A stretch of DNA of 58,438 bases, filler included, from Sphacelaria rigidula (Eukaryota): assembly GCA_964200075.2 (NCBI GenBank). It is 7 parts of 7 records of this genome, joined end to end, with 100 filler letters (N's around TTAATTAATTAA, not from the genome) between each part and the next. Parts side by side here need not be neighbours in the genome. Positions count along the whole stretch, not along the records: positions 25,090 to 33,352 come from CAXNAA020011732.1; positions 33,453 to 41,714 come from CAXNAA020011733.1; 5 more parts are not named here. One strand, 5' to 3'. Under the pieces are notes generated by a model. It was not told where the DNA came from and made no database searches. It saw nothing but the letters and a program-made list of their open reading frames with translations. Position 1 is the stretch's first letter, and every line of letters starts with the position of its first letter. This document shows positions 25,090 to 38,325 of this stretch, piece after piece. The translations under genes and the position numbers were made by a program.

Positions 25090-28000
25090 GGGTAGCAGAT
25101 ACCGTATCAGAATATGTACCTGCTTCTAAGGCGGTAGGCGCCACGCTACACGACTGCCGATTCCACGGGGCGATCGGATCCAACTGGCATTGATTACTAC
25201 CACTCGGAAAAACAACTGGGTGATCAGATCCAGTATGAAAACACTGGGGTTGGTCATTGCGCGTTTGGGAGTCATGCAATGTTCCACGGGACTGTGCTGT
25301 CATGGAACCCGTCATGACAGAACGGTCAACGCTAGCGTACCCACACCACAAGCGAGAACCCACGCTGGCCGACGAGGATCTTGTTAAGTGGTGATGGTGC
25401 ACTGGCTGAGTGAAAGAAAATGTATTGCCGCAGGTTGTTGTTGAAGGTTGCTGGGACCCGACTGTGGACTTGTGGTCAACAATGAGGTTTGAAGTAGAAG
25501 TGTTACGCTTCGTCGTGGGAGACAGCACAGTTGTTGAGGACTGAGATGGAGCGAACAAAAATAAAAGAAACATAGTGGCAGGGTACTGTCGACAGTTTTC
25601 GATCGACATGTAGGTCCGCGCACTCCGCACCTGTAGCGGTCTATCACCTTTTTAATTAGGTGCAGACGAAAGGAAATATATATATATATATATGTCGAAG
25701 GCACACAACAAACCGTATGTGTGTGTGTTGGAATAAATTGTAACAGCAAGAGAAAAAAAGAACGGAGGTTGTCACAATCAACAGACATACAGTGTCTGTC
25801 ATCAGTGCAACAGCGCATCAACAAACCTGCATGCCACGAAGGAATAGACGTGTCGGATGCAGCGAACAGCAACGTCAAACCGCTCAGTTCTGATTTGAGA
25901 ACACGTTGAGGCTGAGAAAAAATAACTACCGGATGCCGTGTGTCTAGAGGCAATACCAGCGCAGCTGGCGATACTTATTACAGTACCGCGTAGTTCGCTG
26001 AAAAACGCCGAGTCGGGGGTCGATGACGTATCATCGTGCAGGTAAACAGTCAATAAATGTACAAGCGCAACCGCAATACAAATATGTAGTGCGGTACAAC
26101 AGCAGCGTACAAAGCACCAGACAGCAAAATGCACGGTGGCACACTACAGTACAAATGCGCTTCGCGTGGGGTAGCGGAGGGCCGGGTCAAGATGGCTGTA
26201 CCGACGTCAATTCGTTCGTATTACACGAAGAACACCCGACACCCGCTATATACGCGCCGTGTTCATATGTACAATGCAATATAGATGAGGTTCAGATAGT
26301 GCAGCAGTAACAGCGTATGCACACCACGTTACCTCGCCGTCCGCAACATATTGCCCGCCGAGACCATTTGGAACTCACACACACAGGACCTTGGGAAGAG
26401 GGTGATACTGTAGTGCTATCACGGATGTTTGGATCACGTACATTGTACAGGGTGGGGTCGGATGATGTACAGTCAACACCCAGGTTGGGCACAAAAAAAA
26501 TGTGCTGCACGGTCAGCATGTCTTGAGACATCAAAAGACGGTCAATATTAGCTACTGAAGAAGAAAAGGCCGACGGTACATGCGGCGGGGTGGGTGTAGC
26601 GAAAGGATGCACGCTGATACAGTGCCGGTGGTGGCAGAAAAGAGTTGGTAGCTGATAATGTACGGGCAGCTCATGTGGGAAAAAATGTAGTGGGGCAGGA
26701 GAGTCACGGTATAAATTGGACTTTACATGGTGACTCGCATCCGCTACAGAGTAGATGGGTATCATTACTGGGGCGGTTGCCACAGAGAGGCAGCTGGGAC
26801 GAGTAGATGAGGATGGTAGGGGGGCAAGTGATATTGCTCGCGTACGTTCGCGTCGGAGTCGGCGTAGGGTGCGAGCGTCTAGTGTATCAGAGGCCCTTGA
26901 ACTCATATCGCCAGGGGTAGATGACAGAGAAACAGCTACAGACGGCTAGACGATGAACAAACAAAAGAGATGCGCATGCAAGGCACACGGTGGTAGTGTA
27001 GTATACACGGCAGCTCGGCAGTCCGAACACAACGTAACTCAAAAAAAGTACAGCAGAGGCGGTGCGGGAGCTCCAACTGTGATGTGAAAGGGGTGAAGGC
27101 ACCTTGAGAAGGGTGTAATGGTGTTTACCAAGATTGTTCCAGGTTCAGACCTCTGTGTACGTTGTTTATTTACTCAGCTCAGCAGCGCAGGCTGACCACA
27201 GTCGCTCTCGTGTTGGTTTCACACAAGGAGACAACAAGCAAGTAATACAGACCAGAATAGAACTTTTATCACGCAATTGATTGTATCCAACTTCATCTAC
27301 AGAACAGGGAGATACAACATCAATCGAAACAAGCCGAAACCTCAATCAATAAAACACACCAGACAAAACAGCAGCCTGACTACTGCTCTTATCTCTGAGA
27401 CTCACTTTCTCGCGGTTTGTAGATACTCCAATGGGGAACCGTTGAATCGCAGCCAAAACCGGAATGAAAAGAGAGTGGGGCTCGTAGGGGCTGCTTATTC
27501 GTACGTGTTTCGCCGCCCCCTAAATCAACATAAACTGAGGTTATACCATAAAATCCAAGAGCCAGGCTCCTCGATTCATGCCATGGTTGGGTCACTACCT
27601 TTTTTCGAATTCAAATACATGCTCTCCGTAGACGTCAATTCAAGGGGCAGCCAATTCTCCGCTATTTGAATATGAAAATATCCATCATTCAATGTCACCT
27701 TTGCCCAAGATCATCGCTACGTCCTGCAGTCACATCATATCACACCGCCGCGCACTTCCCCTTCATGTTCATAGCCCAAACCGTGAACCTCACTGAGCGC
27801 TAGGACTTTGCGGCAAGTAATCGCCATGTTTTGCTCAAGAACCCAAACACACGAACAAATGGAGCTTTGCAAGTCATACTCACTCCTTGGACAAGCTGAC
27901 AGAACAGCTGTTTGGTCTCATCATCCCCGTTGTCTGCGTCGAATCTCAAAGAACTCATTGAGGTTACCTCCCACGCTGCGTTCCATGATGACATGCCCCT

Positions 28001-28892
28001 GAGTTCCTACCAGAAATGTTGTTGTAGACAAGCCGAGACAAAGTGAATGGTTAAGGTAGCCGATACCATTTTCTCGTCACCATATCGGAGCGAGTACTTT
28101 GGAAGAGATTGCTCGTGACGCCTTTATCTTTTCAATCCTTTTGCCAGTTTCCCGTCCGATGGCTCGCGAACGTCAAGTTTCCGAATCGGTCAAGTCAAAA
28201 GCGATAATAGAGCCATCGGTGATTCGAGCGGCAGGAGAATCATCTTCCCGCAGCATGAAAAGAACGGTCGCGTGCGATCTTTTTTCCAGTGGGAAAGAGG
28301 CTGCATAAAGCATGCCTGTGCCGTACGATTGCCGAAGTCAATCCTCCCCTTTTGTAAGAGAAATGATGCATCTTCGTTACCGTGTGCTGGTACATACGAC
28401 GAGCGCAACAGACCGTACGAGATGGTGAGCCCCACGCAAAGACTCGTCCGTTCAGCTCGTCTGCATTACCACTCTTCTAATTCTTGGTGTTATCACCAGC
28501 ACTGTGAACCTTTCGAATGAGATTCGGTCGTCACCAAATCGAGTAGGGAGGACACAAAGGGGTATGTTGGACACACAGCCATTCAAACCTAGCGGGTAAA
28601 GACCACTCCCATTAGTGATTTCGACGATGTGTACATACCTTGATGGATTCGGTGAAACTGATGATGTTTGGATGCAGCAGGGTTCTCATGATAGTGACGT
28701 TATTCAGTCCCTTTTCGTCGATTTGGCCACAACGTGGTAGGGTGGACGTGTTTGCACCAAGACACAAGAAGAACGGAAAAATCAACCCAATAATGTTGTG
28801 AAAAACAAGTCTCTGAGCTAGGTTTGTGGAACAGTGGGAACATCTGCTTCCCGCTAGTACACGGCGCCGCGGATGTAGGCCATATATACCTC

Positions 28893-29182
28893 TGTTTTCG
28901 TGAGATTGAGAGTTGGACGTTGGTCGAGAGTGAGTATGAGCAATCGGTTCAACTTGACTCATTTCGCCCTCCATGTGTGCTGCTCCTCGCTTGTAACACT
29001 GGCGTGTTCTTGCAGCTATACGTCGACGTCCTGCTCAGGGATATCAAGGGCTTCAGTGGCATGAAACTGCAGAAAGCGGATTGGGTCTCGTGGACGGGTA
29101 TCTCACTACTGAAAATATTAATTCAGTAATTGACCACTTTTCACCCTGAATCATATCCTCTACTCTCCATCTCACGAAGACA
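28893..29182. mobile_element. MITE-like element of about 290 bp with roughly 40-45 bp TIRs, copy 1 (in a kinase intron)
   Basis: tgttttcgtgagattgagagt... / ...ctctactctccatctcacgaagaca; internal sequence homologous to the copy at 50392-50682. Confidence 0.75.
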
Positions 29183-29610
29183 TTATTATATTTGGATTGT
29201 ACGTCGGCGGCGATGACGACATATATTCAACAGTGGTTGACGCAGAAATATCATTTCCTCGCATTATACACGCTTAAAGTGGCCGCCTGTCTAAGCTCCA
29301 CGTTACTGGGCTTGTCTTGTCCCCTGTGGACAATGCCTGGATGGACTAACACGAATATTCAGCACTTCGCATACTCCGCATACCTCAGTACATCTGGAGT
29401 CCACTGTTTTGATGGTCACCGTCACTCTAGACCCGCGGTGCGTGGCTTTTATCACCTGTTTAGTCGTCACATACAGGGGCATCAAACTGAAGGGAAGAAG
29501 ACAGAGGGTGATGGAAGCGATGTATCCAACGTGCGCCCCCAGTACGATCTCTGGTAAGTGCATCATGATTAATGTATATATTTTTTTATCGTTTTGTCAC
29601 ACTTTTAACC

Positions 29611-29750
29611 ACCCTCCTTCGTCCGGACGAGTCCGTGGTCTCAAGGAATCAACCCATCTCTTCTCGGTAAACCCATGCATTTTGGTCCCGCGGATTGGGT
29701 CGGTATTTCCGCACCGCGTCAATTATCGTCAAACAAACTCATTCAACTGC
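29611..29750 (-). repeat. Dispersed repeat (retroposon 3'-end-like), also at about 38455-38615 in the opposite orientation
   Basis: ggacgagtccgtggtc..aagg.a.caacccatct...cattttggt...ggattgg is shared by contigs 4 and 5. Confidence 0.75.
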
Positions 29751-31545
29751 TTTTTGCTTGCTCACGTACTCACGCTTTCGACGGTGGAAAGTCAGATACT
29801 TCGAAGGGATTCCAAAGGCATTGTAAATCGAACCCACGTTCTCTCTACACCAATTAGACTACCGGCGTGCATTGTGTATGTGTATATACATATATGTACC
29901 TGAATATTTGTAATTCAGCAGCTCGGCACAGGTATAGTTATTAAATTTGTTCAGTCTTTCTTCACGAATCACAATTTACTGTAGACGCAATGTCCGGCGT
30001 AGAAGTGAGCCTTGAACTCCTTTCAGAACTTACAATTCCAGAAGTACCCTTTCCCATGGCGACATCTTCGATGGAGTAAGACGCGAAGCTCCCAGTCATA
30101 CTCGGCCGCAGGATCCCGAGGTCGGCACATATCTATGTGTTGAACCGAGAACGGTACGTATGGTATCATTCGGCGTCCAAAACCACGATGTGAATTAGGC
30201 ACTCTAGTCGAAAAGAGGACGATTCTGTCGAATCTGACGCTGATGATGCCGACCGAAAAACGTTTCCTGCATCTTCGACAGCAACAGGCCTTTCAAGTAC
30301 GGTTGACGTTCCACGACTACCGTACATATGTGTGACTGCCGGTGCAGCTACTGTGGCATGGACAAAACACCCCTGCTTCAACACCCCTCATGTGGCGTGC
30401 CGTGCTTGAAGAAAGACAGCCCACAAGACACGTCATGGGCGAGGATCTACTCCCCTCATGCATGCTTGGAAATGACGTCCCACCTCTTCCCGCCGCGCTT
30501 CCCGATCCGCCAGTGTCATAGCCCGCTAACACGTTTGCCGTTTGCTCCTTGCTGGTTTGCGACGGCCCGGCGACACCGTCTTCCGGCGCCTGCACCACCT
30601 CTCTTACCCGTCGTTATCGATACGCGATAGGGTACAGGTTGGTCGTGTTCCTCCACCTAGAGCATGGTCAGTGAAGGTAGGCATATAGTAGCAAACACTC
30701 TTGTACTGACATCCGTTCATTAAGACTACCATGTTGCAACCTACTCGCCGAAGATTCTCCGGAGAAACAGGGGCACGTCATCGCTATGATATGTTTTGGG
30801 CGGTGAATCAATAGGCGTAGCAGCTGCGTGTGATCGATTTCAGCGCGGGAGACGAACGGAAGTAGCCATGAATTACGAAATCGCACAACGTCGTAGGAAA
30901 ATATGTTTTTGGAACGGATAACTCCATCGCTCCGGTCGACGTAAGCACATCTTCTTCCCCGTCGCCTTCACTCGAAGGGCGGACCTTCTTCCCCCTCACG
31001 GCAGTGGCAACCTCCATATGGTCCACCGCTTTGCCTGCTACGTCTCCGCCGAACACGCACGTGCGCAGAGGATCCATGGAAACGCATGGCCTTAGTCCAA
31101 CCGGCGAATGTGACTGCCGTGAGTGATGGCAGGTATAGCAGTTGGGATCATGCTTGTGCATTTCAACGCACGTGCGGTGTTACTCTGGTGTCCTAGGAAT
31201 GCTGCAAACTCGCACACGCCAACCGTATGGGCTGGTTCACTCACGCGTGGCTCAGGTTTCTAGAATTTTAAGTTTGGCCAGCCTTATCCCCCTGCGCTCC
31301 TTTCCAACCTTGGTACATCTGCCGCCCTGATAATGAGGCCAGAATGCACAACGCGGGTGCAGGGAGGAATGGCAACTGGCGGGGGTCCCGAACGCCATCA
31401 TGTGCCGTGCGTGAACACTTATCTGTCGTACCAAGCAAATACCACAGCGGCCGGTTCGACTATCGTGAAGCATGTTGGAGGCGTTTGTAGGGTGAGGGCC
31501 GGCTAGGTCAAAGTTCCTACGACACATGACATTATCTGTCGAAGT

Positions 31546-32380
31546 GCCATACCAGGTGTATGATTCGGTACAAATATGCCATGTATTGTGAGCCTGTCGT
31601 GCCGCGATACTATCGACATCCACTGTTTGCAACACCGCCTCTGGTCTTTTTCCTAGCCGCCGTCTAGCAGATCGTATCGCGGTTAACGAAGTCCTCCCAA
31701 GTTACACCTCCTAAGGCGGGTGGCCGATATCGATTCGCGCAAGTCCTGACATGACGGAGGCCATGGCGTGCGACCTCAACGGCACTCGCGAGGGACGTGC
31801 GCAATCAGATGTAAATGGAATGGTGTGATCAAACTTGACCTGAATGGGGTACCTTCTCCTGATCGTTACTTGACAGAATATTCTTCCCCGATAGGCAGCA
31901 GAATGACAGTGTACACCACCCGGGTCGCGTCGCATGAGATGTCTCGAAGTTCCTATGGCTTTTGACGTAATCTATCGAGCTACCATACCAGCTTGTGCAT
32001 GATTCAGTACTAGCTCGCCATGTGTTGTGTTTCTATCACGACCCGGTACTATCGGCATCCACTATCTGCAACACCACCTCGGTCTCGTCCACAAATGCTG
32101 TCCTAGGGATGATCGTGGGTACCGAAGTCGACACAGGATGCTTCCGAAGGCGGTTGGCTGACATCGATTCGCGCAAGTCACGTCATGAGGGAGGCCGTGG
32201 CGTAAGACCTCACGCACGCTCAGGAGGGACGTCCGGAATCAGATACGGGAAGAATGATGTGGTCACGGTTGACCTGACAAGTTTTTCCTCTTGATAAACA
32301 TCATGTGCACGATGTCTAGCCCCCCATTTAACAGTATGATGACCAGTGTACACAATCCGAGCCGTGTTCCATTAGATGCC
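31546..32380. repeat. Old tandem duplication, unit about 435 bp, two copies
   Basis: Shared blocks ccataccag, tactatcg.catccact, atcgattcgcgcaagtc, ggaggcc.tggcgt, ttgacctga and cagtgtacac occur in the same order in both copies. Confidence 0.85.
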
Positions 32381-33352
32381 AATCGATGTATGTTGTGTGC
32401 GGAAACGGAATGGGGCCATATACAGTGCATGTTTTCGTTTTCCGCTTGTTTTTGTTTTCGTTCAAGTTTCTGTTTCTTTTGTTTTTATTCTCGTGTTCGT
32501 TTTCGTTTCCGTTCCCGTTTTCGTTTTCGTTTCTGCTTTCATTTTTGTTCTTGTTTTCGTTGTTTGTCCATTGAAGGAAAACTATCATGTGGCGACGGCT
32601 GTATTTCTGGGGCATCAGTTAGTATCTACGACCACTCGTCAGAGAATAAATGAATGAATGAGTAAATGAAAAATGAAAAATGAACGAATCGCTACGTCGT
32701 GTACTGGCCGAGGTAACCAAATATGCTCGTGCTTGTGCTTGTGCTTGTGCTTGTGCTTGTGCATTGATTGCTCGAAGTAAACGCGAGACACCTAGCAGAT
32801 GTGATTTTCGTGGAGCTAGTGGATCATCGTTTTCCAACAAGGTGCAAAGACATGACGAAGAATTATTTCCCGTGCCTACAAGAGCTCGTTGGGACCTCCG
32901 GGTCCAGCGATGACCCTGCGGCAGCAAGCAAAACGTCACGCTCGGTTGTCGCCTCGACGTTTACCTCCCTCCGGACTCTTCTATTGGAATTACAACCTGA
33001 ACGTTCCGCATAGCGGTAGAGAACAGCGGGAACCGCGAAATGTTCGCGAGGAACTCCGAAGCCACAGTGCACGTCTTGCTGCCCTGACACGCATGATTGA
33101 CGCGCGAGCGCAGTAAGTGTCAAAATACGTTAAAAAAAGGCGTGGACGACATGCCATCTCTTCAAAGCATATGGAATTACCAAATTGGAGTATCGAATAA
33201 CGCGGGATCAACCGAATATCACGGCCAAACAACGCAACGGTTCACCCGCTGCCGCCTACGCTCGGAGTGCGTCCTCCAACAAACAGGGTTGCCAGAAAAA
33301 TGAGAATGTATTTTGAAATGAGAATCAACCGCTCCCCGGGATTGTGTCCATT

Positions 33353-33452
33353 NNNNNNNNNNNNNNNNNNNNNNNNNNNNNNNNNNNNNNNNNNNNTTAA
33401 TTAATTAANNNNNNNNNNNNNNNNNNNNNNNNNNNNNNNNNNNNNNNNNNNN
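33353..33452. other. Artificial contig linker
   Basis: Same 100-bp linker. Confidence 0.98.
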
Positions 33453-34035
33453 GTTACCGGGACTGGCGGTCAGTGGAGTGCACACCCGTGCTCTTCCGAC
33501 CCCAACGTACAATCCCCTCCGCCCCCCCCCCCCCCCCCTCCCCCCCCCTGTCCTGTAGTGTCCTTCAGCGAGTGGATGATATTTTTCTAGTGCACAACTT
33601 GGCAGAAATGCCTGATGGCTCTCCTGCCCACCCTTTTCATTTCTCATCATCTAATCTCCAGTCACACGCCGCAGCTCGAACCTCCGCGCCCCTCTCGCCC
33701 CCCCCTGTTCTCAGGATTGGTGTATAGCCTCAAGGATCAACCCTATATCTCGCGGTGTTGGCCTTGTATTTTCTTCTTGGTCGTAAGATGAGTACTCCCT
33801 CAGACGCCCCGATCTTCATATTTTTCTCTTTTTTTTTGTTCCACATTTCTCCGACTATTCTTTGACTCTGGCCGGACTATCCTGTCGGCACCTGCAGCTC
33901 ATGAAATCCGCAGAGAATTGCCGATGACGTGCCAGTTTCACCGCCAGAGGGCGTCGGCTTGTTTCTCGCCGAGTAATACCGTTCAATCTCCGAACGTTTC
34001 TGTAATCTCCCGCGTCCACCATAAACGTACAACAG

Positions 34036-34371
34036 GTGTTTCCTGCGTCCGAGTGCCTGTGCGCGGCATTCGCGCAGAAGCATCCGGTTCCACCGGGATC
34101 TCCGCCCGAAACAATCCTCATCATTGATATGGGCCACTTGCACACCACAGTAGTCGTCGCTCGCTTCGGTGGGGAAGAGGGGCAGGGCGGAGGCGGCGAT
34201 GGCGCTGACGAGGGGAGCGTTGGATCTTCGGAAACTGCAGCAGGCGGCGCCAAAAAGACCGGTGCGGCCGCGGCGAAACTATGTCCGTACAGGGTGTTGG
34301 CCGTCAGAAGCGAGGAAGGCGTTGGGGCGTTCAGCTTCGACCTGCGCATGTTCCAGCACTTTGCGGAAGAG
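34036..34371 (+). CDS. Exon of an Hsp70-superfamily (Hsp110/HSPA4-like) nucleotide-binding domain
   Basis: ILIIDMGHLHTTVVVARF...RVLAVRSEEGVGAFSFDLRMFQHFAEE; cag| at 34035, |gtgggt at 34372; 112 codons, phase 0. Confidence 0.8.
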
Positions 34372-35464
34372 GTGGGTTGTATGTGCTTTTTTTTTGGGGG
34401 GGGGGGGGTTACGGTGTATATCGATATACGGGTAGGCGTACTCGTGAATTAATTTCAGAGTGTCAGGGTGCATCATTTCAGGGTGTCAGGGTGCATCATT
34501 TCAGAGTGCCAGGGTGATGTGTACAGTACGTAGCATCATCACAACGCCGACCAATTTCTAGGCTTAGTGTTTTCTGTCGACGGGACGATCTTGTTGTTAT
34601 GCGTCACCAAATAACGATCGTAGTTTTTCATGCCATGTCGATGGTTTTCACGCCTGATGAGCAATGCAGCCAGCTGTGCATTTGCAGTATCGTAGCTGCA
34701 AGTTTGGCTCACTAACCTGAACGCCGCATACTGTCGGGAACCCGCTGTGGACCTATGCTTGGAAGGTCGGGTGTATCTGCTGAGCTGAGATGGTGGGAGG
34801 GGGGGGAGACCTGATCAAGTGATATTCAGCTGGATGTTCGCCAGTTTTCTGGGGTCACCAAGTAATGCCGGGTTATTAGTATAGGCGTGCGAGGCGTATC
34901 GTGCCGTGCTATATTATTATATGTACGAAGCAGACGCCTGTATCACATTTTCCCTCAGGAAGAGACGCGGCGGCCTGCAGTCGGGAGTTAGTTCCGCCGA
35001 CCTGTTGCTGGCGAAAACGTGCTTGTACGCGAGCCATGTCTTGACTTATACCTAGCGTCTGGGTCTACATGTCGTCTGGGTCCCCCCCAAGGTAGCTCGT
35101 TCCTTGGTGTAATCATACACTCTGGCCGGACCATGAGTGTTCATGATCCCTGGCTCGAGCTCCTCGCCAGGGAGCTCTGATGCGGGGTCGAAAAGGCACT
35201 GCTGAATCGAGAAAAAAAGACGTGTGGCATGATCGTGTTTGGATACTGATCACACAACGGATCTTCTGCCGATCACATGGCGTGGTAGCATAGGAGCGTT
35301 GAAGAATACCGACCGACTCTTCACACGATACGCTATGTTGGAAAAAAAGAAAGAAAAATGTCTACATTCACATGTTGGCTAGATGCTTCTTATTTTTGCG
35401 TTCTATTATGTGTTTCATCTTTGCACATCAATAAATTGGAAGCGTTCCTTGCTTCGGTCCGCAG

Positions 35465-35587
35465 GTGAGAAGCAAGCACAAGCAGGACGTCCAAGCGGGC
35501 ACGAAGCAGGGACTGAGGCTGTTGCTCGCCTGCCGACGCCTTCGAGAACTGCTGTCCACCACCCGAACAGCCCACGTTACGGTGGAG
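35465..35587 (+). CDS. Next exon of the Hsp70/Hsp110-like gene
   Basis: VRSKHKQDVQAGTKQGLRLLLACRRLRELLSTTRTAHVTVE matches the RL..aCE.lK..LS helix; cag| and |gtacgt; phase 0. Confidence 0.8.
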
Positions 35588-38159
35588 GTACGTATGCACA
35601 TTTTTTTGTCTACATGTGCTTGGGTCGCCGGGGCACTGGCGTTGGAGGGCAGGGGGGAGGGAGGTGAAACAGTGTTCTTTTTGTTCTCCCCTTTCCGAAC
35701 GATAACGTACATGACATCAGGGCAGAGTCGAAATTGTCTGGCTAGACGTCCGAAATATTTTATGGAGGGAAAGTTACGGTCTGCTCAGAGGTTACCCAAC
35801 ATCGAGTTACTGGGTAATGACTTCGACAACAGCGATGAAAATTGACAAAGCCTACTTCGAAGAGGGGCGGTAGGTGCGCGGGGGGGTGGGGGGGGTTGGT
35901 GTCGGCAATCATGATGTCAGTTTTTGGGTTTTCTGCGGCCGGCGGCTTGTCGTTTCCTGAGTCTTGTACACATTGTCACGGATGCCAATCTCGACAATAC
36001 TTTGTCGTGTGTGTAAGTTACGACATAACATGTCCTTCTTGAGTTTGTCTACGTGGCTGGATGTGGTGTTGTCATATCCCCGTAAGTTCACAAATTCAAC
36101 AAATACGACAGAAACTACTCCACATTTTTTAAAAGCGTACTTCATGTGAGCGTGGTTTGCAATAAAGATCAAGATCACACTACCCGCAGCTGAACGAGCA
36201 ACTGCTGCAGCAGCACTGGAAGCAAGCTTCTAAATATGGCCGTTGTTTCCCCCCGCGATTCAACGGGTTTTTTTTCGCCATTTACGGCATTTCTCTGAAT
36301 ATTGTTGTTTTCCTCATGAACGACAAAAACGTTCCGTCATCCATGGATAAATTTCACGGAGTATCAGTATCCACCCTACGAACAAAATGATCAATCTCGC
36401 ACACACGCTGCTATTCAGATCAGCGTGCAAATGAAAACGTATGTTTACACTCTGTTATGCCCTTCACCGATTTGATTGGTTGTTTGACTGACTGATTGGT
36501 TGTCGCACATTAACTCCACATTACATTTGTATGAGGCCAACTCTTATGGAAACCGTTGACGCCGTTTTTTGCCTGCCCCAATTTTGAAAAGAGGTACACA
36601 AAAAAACGCTCTTATGGCACAAAATTGGAGTTGTGCGCCTACACAACAACACCCAAAGAAGGCGTAGTGGCTGCACAGCCATCACATGACTTTTCCAACT
36701 TTGTGTCGACAGAATTTTCTTCCCGCCCCGATTCTGTACATACCAGACCACAGCGGTAGTACAGCAACCCAGGCAATCTCCAGCGCAGATCAAATTGTGT
36801 TCGTGGGGTTGAAACGTACCACAGTACCGCGACAACGACACATTAGAAATGAGGGGTGTGGGCGCGAAGCGGGTTGTTGGTTTTACGGATGACACAGTAT
36901 CATGTGACTCCGGCTGGATCCCCGGGGGGTCGGTCACTCAAAGTACAACACTCAATGCAATCAATCCTCAAACCAACGCATTCCATACACCATGATGTTG
37001 AAGTTTTCGGCAGTGTCGAGCGTACCGACCGGGACACAACGCACAGTACAGCAGTTCACGCAATCCCCAGCGCAGATCAAACCGTTTCGGCGGGGTTCCA
37101 ACGCACCACACTACGAGCGTGTACCAGCTACAGCAGTGTAATGCTGGGTCTGCGCACCACGGGCCTTTCTCGTTGCGAAAGACACATCTTCCGACAAACA
37201 CGTACTGTAAAGCATTTTCGACTTCGACAAGACAGCACCGCACGCGGACTCTAGTTATTTGGAACACAATCGCAGTACAACAGTTCAGGAAAATCGAACA
37301 GAGATCAGACAGTTTTCGCGAGATCTGAGTACACCACAACACACAGTAAGGTCTAAACACACAACAGTGCAGTAACAGATGCAGCACATGAGAGAGCCGT
37401 GAGTGTCTGCTGTGGTACAGTAAAACATGACATGTCCCATACTCCAGGTCTTCGCCTAATTTTGAACCGGTTCTCAACCGTTCAAAATCTTCTCCCGATT
37501 TTGAACGCCCGGCCAAAATTTAGGGCCCGCTCAAAATTTAGGGCGTTACATTTGTTCAAAATGGTCACGATGTTGTTCCATCAGAGTAGTTTTTGTTACA
37601 ACCCGTTCAAAAACTTCAAAAACATTTTTTTGAACGGCTCCCCCAAGAGTTGGTCCAAAGGTCTCTCGTCCACGGGGGCCGAAATTCCTAGAACATGACA
37701 CACCTGTACAAAAATTAGCAATCAAACACACAATGGCAAGGATCGAACGCGCACGGAAGAGAGACCGATATATATATATATACTGTATATAGTGTAAATA
37801 TATATCAATACCTCCACAGGGGGGAAGTTCAGGCAAGGGTTACTCGTACACGTCATGAAAGACTAGATTATATCTATGATGTGTAGGTTCAACGACCACA
37901 CCCTGGTCGTTTGAAATAAAATGGTTTAACTGACACCATTAGGGCGGGGGAAACGCGGGTTCGATTTGCGCTAGATGAGTGGTGGGTACGTGTGGTATGC
38001 TCCTTGCTCCTTGCACTCTTTGACCACGGCTTCGAGAGATCGAGCTAAGGTGACGGATATATGAATAACAAAAATAATATTAAATGAGTTGTCCTGTGCA
38101 GATACGTCCGTTTTTTCCGTTACTTACTCGCCATATTTCGGCGTGCTTGTGGTTGGGAA

Positions 38160-38294
38160 GTGTAAATTACGGTTCCGAAAAGGATAATTTGATGAGTTGG
38201 ATAGAGTATGGGCGAAGCGGACACGACTTCGTTCATTTCAGTATTGAGCGGCGAGACATTGAGACTAAAAATGAAGTTGATCGTGATAATCATA

Positions 38295-38325
<31 letters not shown>

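Larger units (their letters stand above)
25990..30132 (-). pseudogene. Intron-containing Ser/Thr protein kinase pseudogene (CAMK-like)
   Basis: Exons in subdomain order: 30034-30132 (MGKGTSGI, I); 29384-29455 (VIKATHRGSRVTVTIKTVD, II); 28639-28722 (IMRTLLHPNIISF, III-IV); about 27884-27998 (VIMERSVGGNL..ETKQLFCQLVQG, V-VIa, frameshift); about 27129-27190 (VHRGLNLE, VIb); weaker IX-like IAVALVHLLTVYL near 26040-26080. Confidence 0.75.

Noticed and set aside
32425..32765. ORFs encoding ENKN and AQAQ/CACA repeats
   Set aside because: Translations of hexanucleotide microsatellites.
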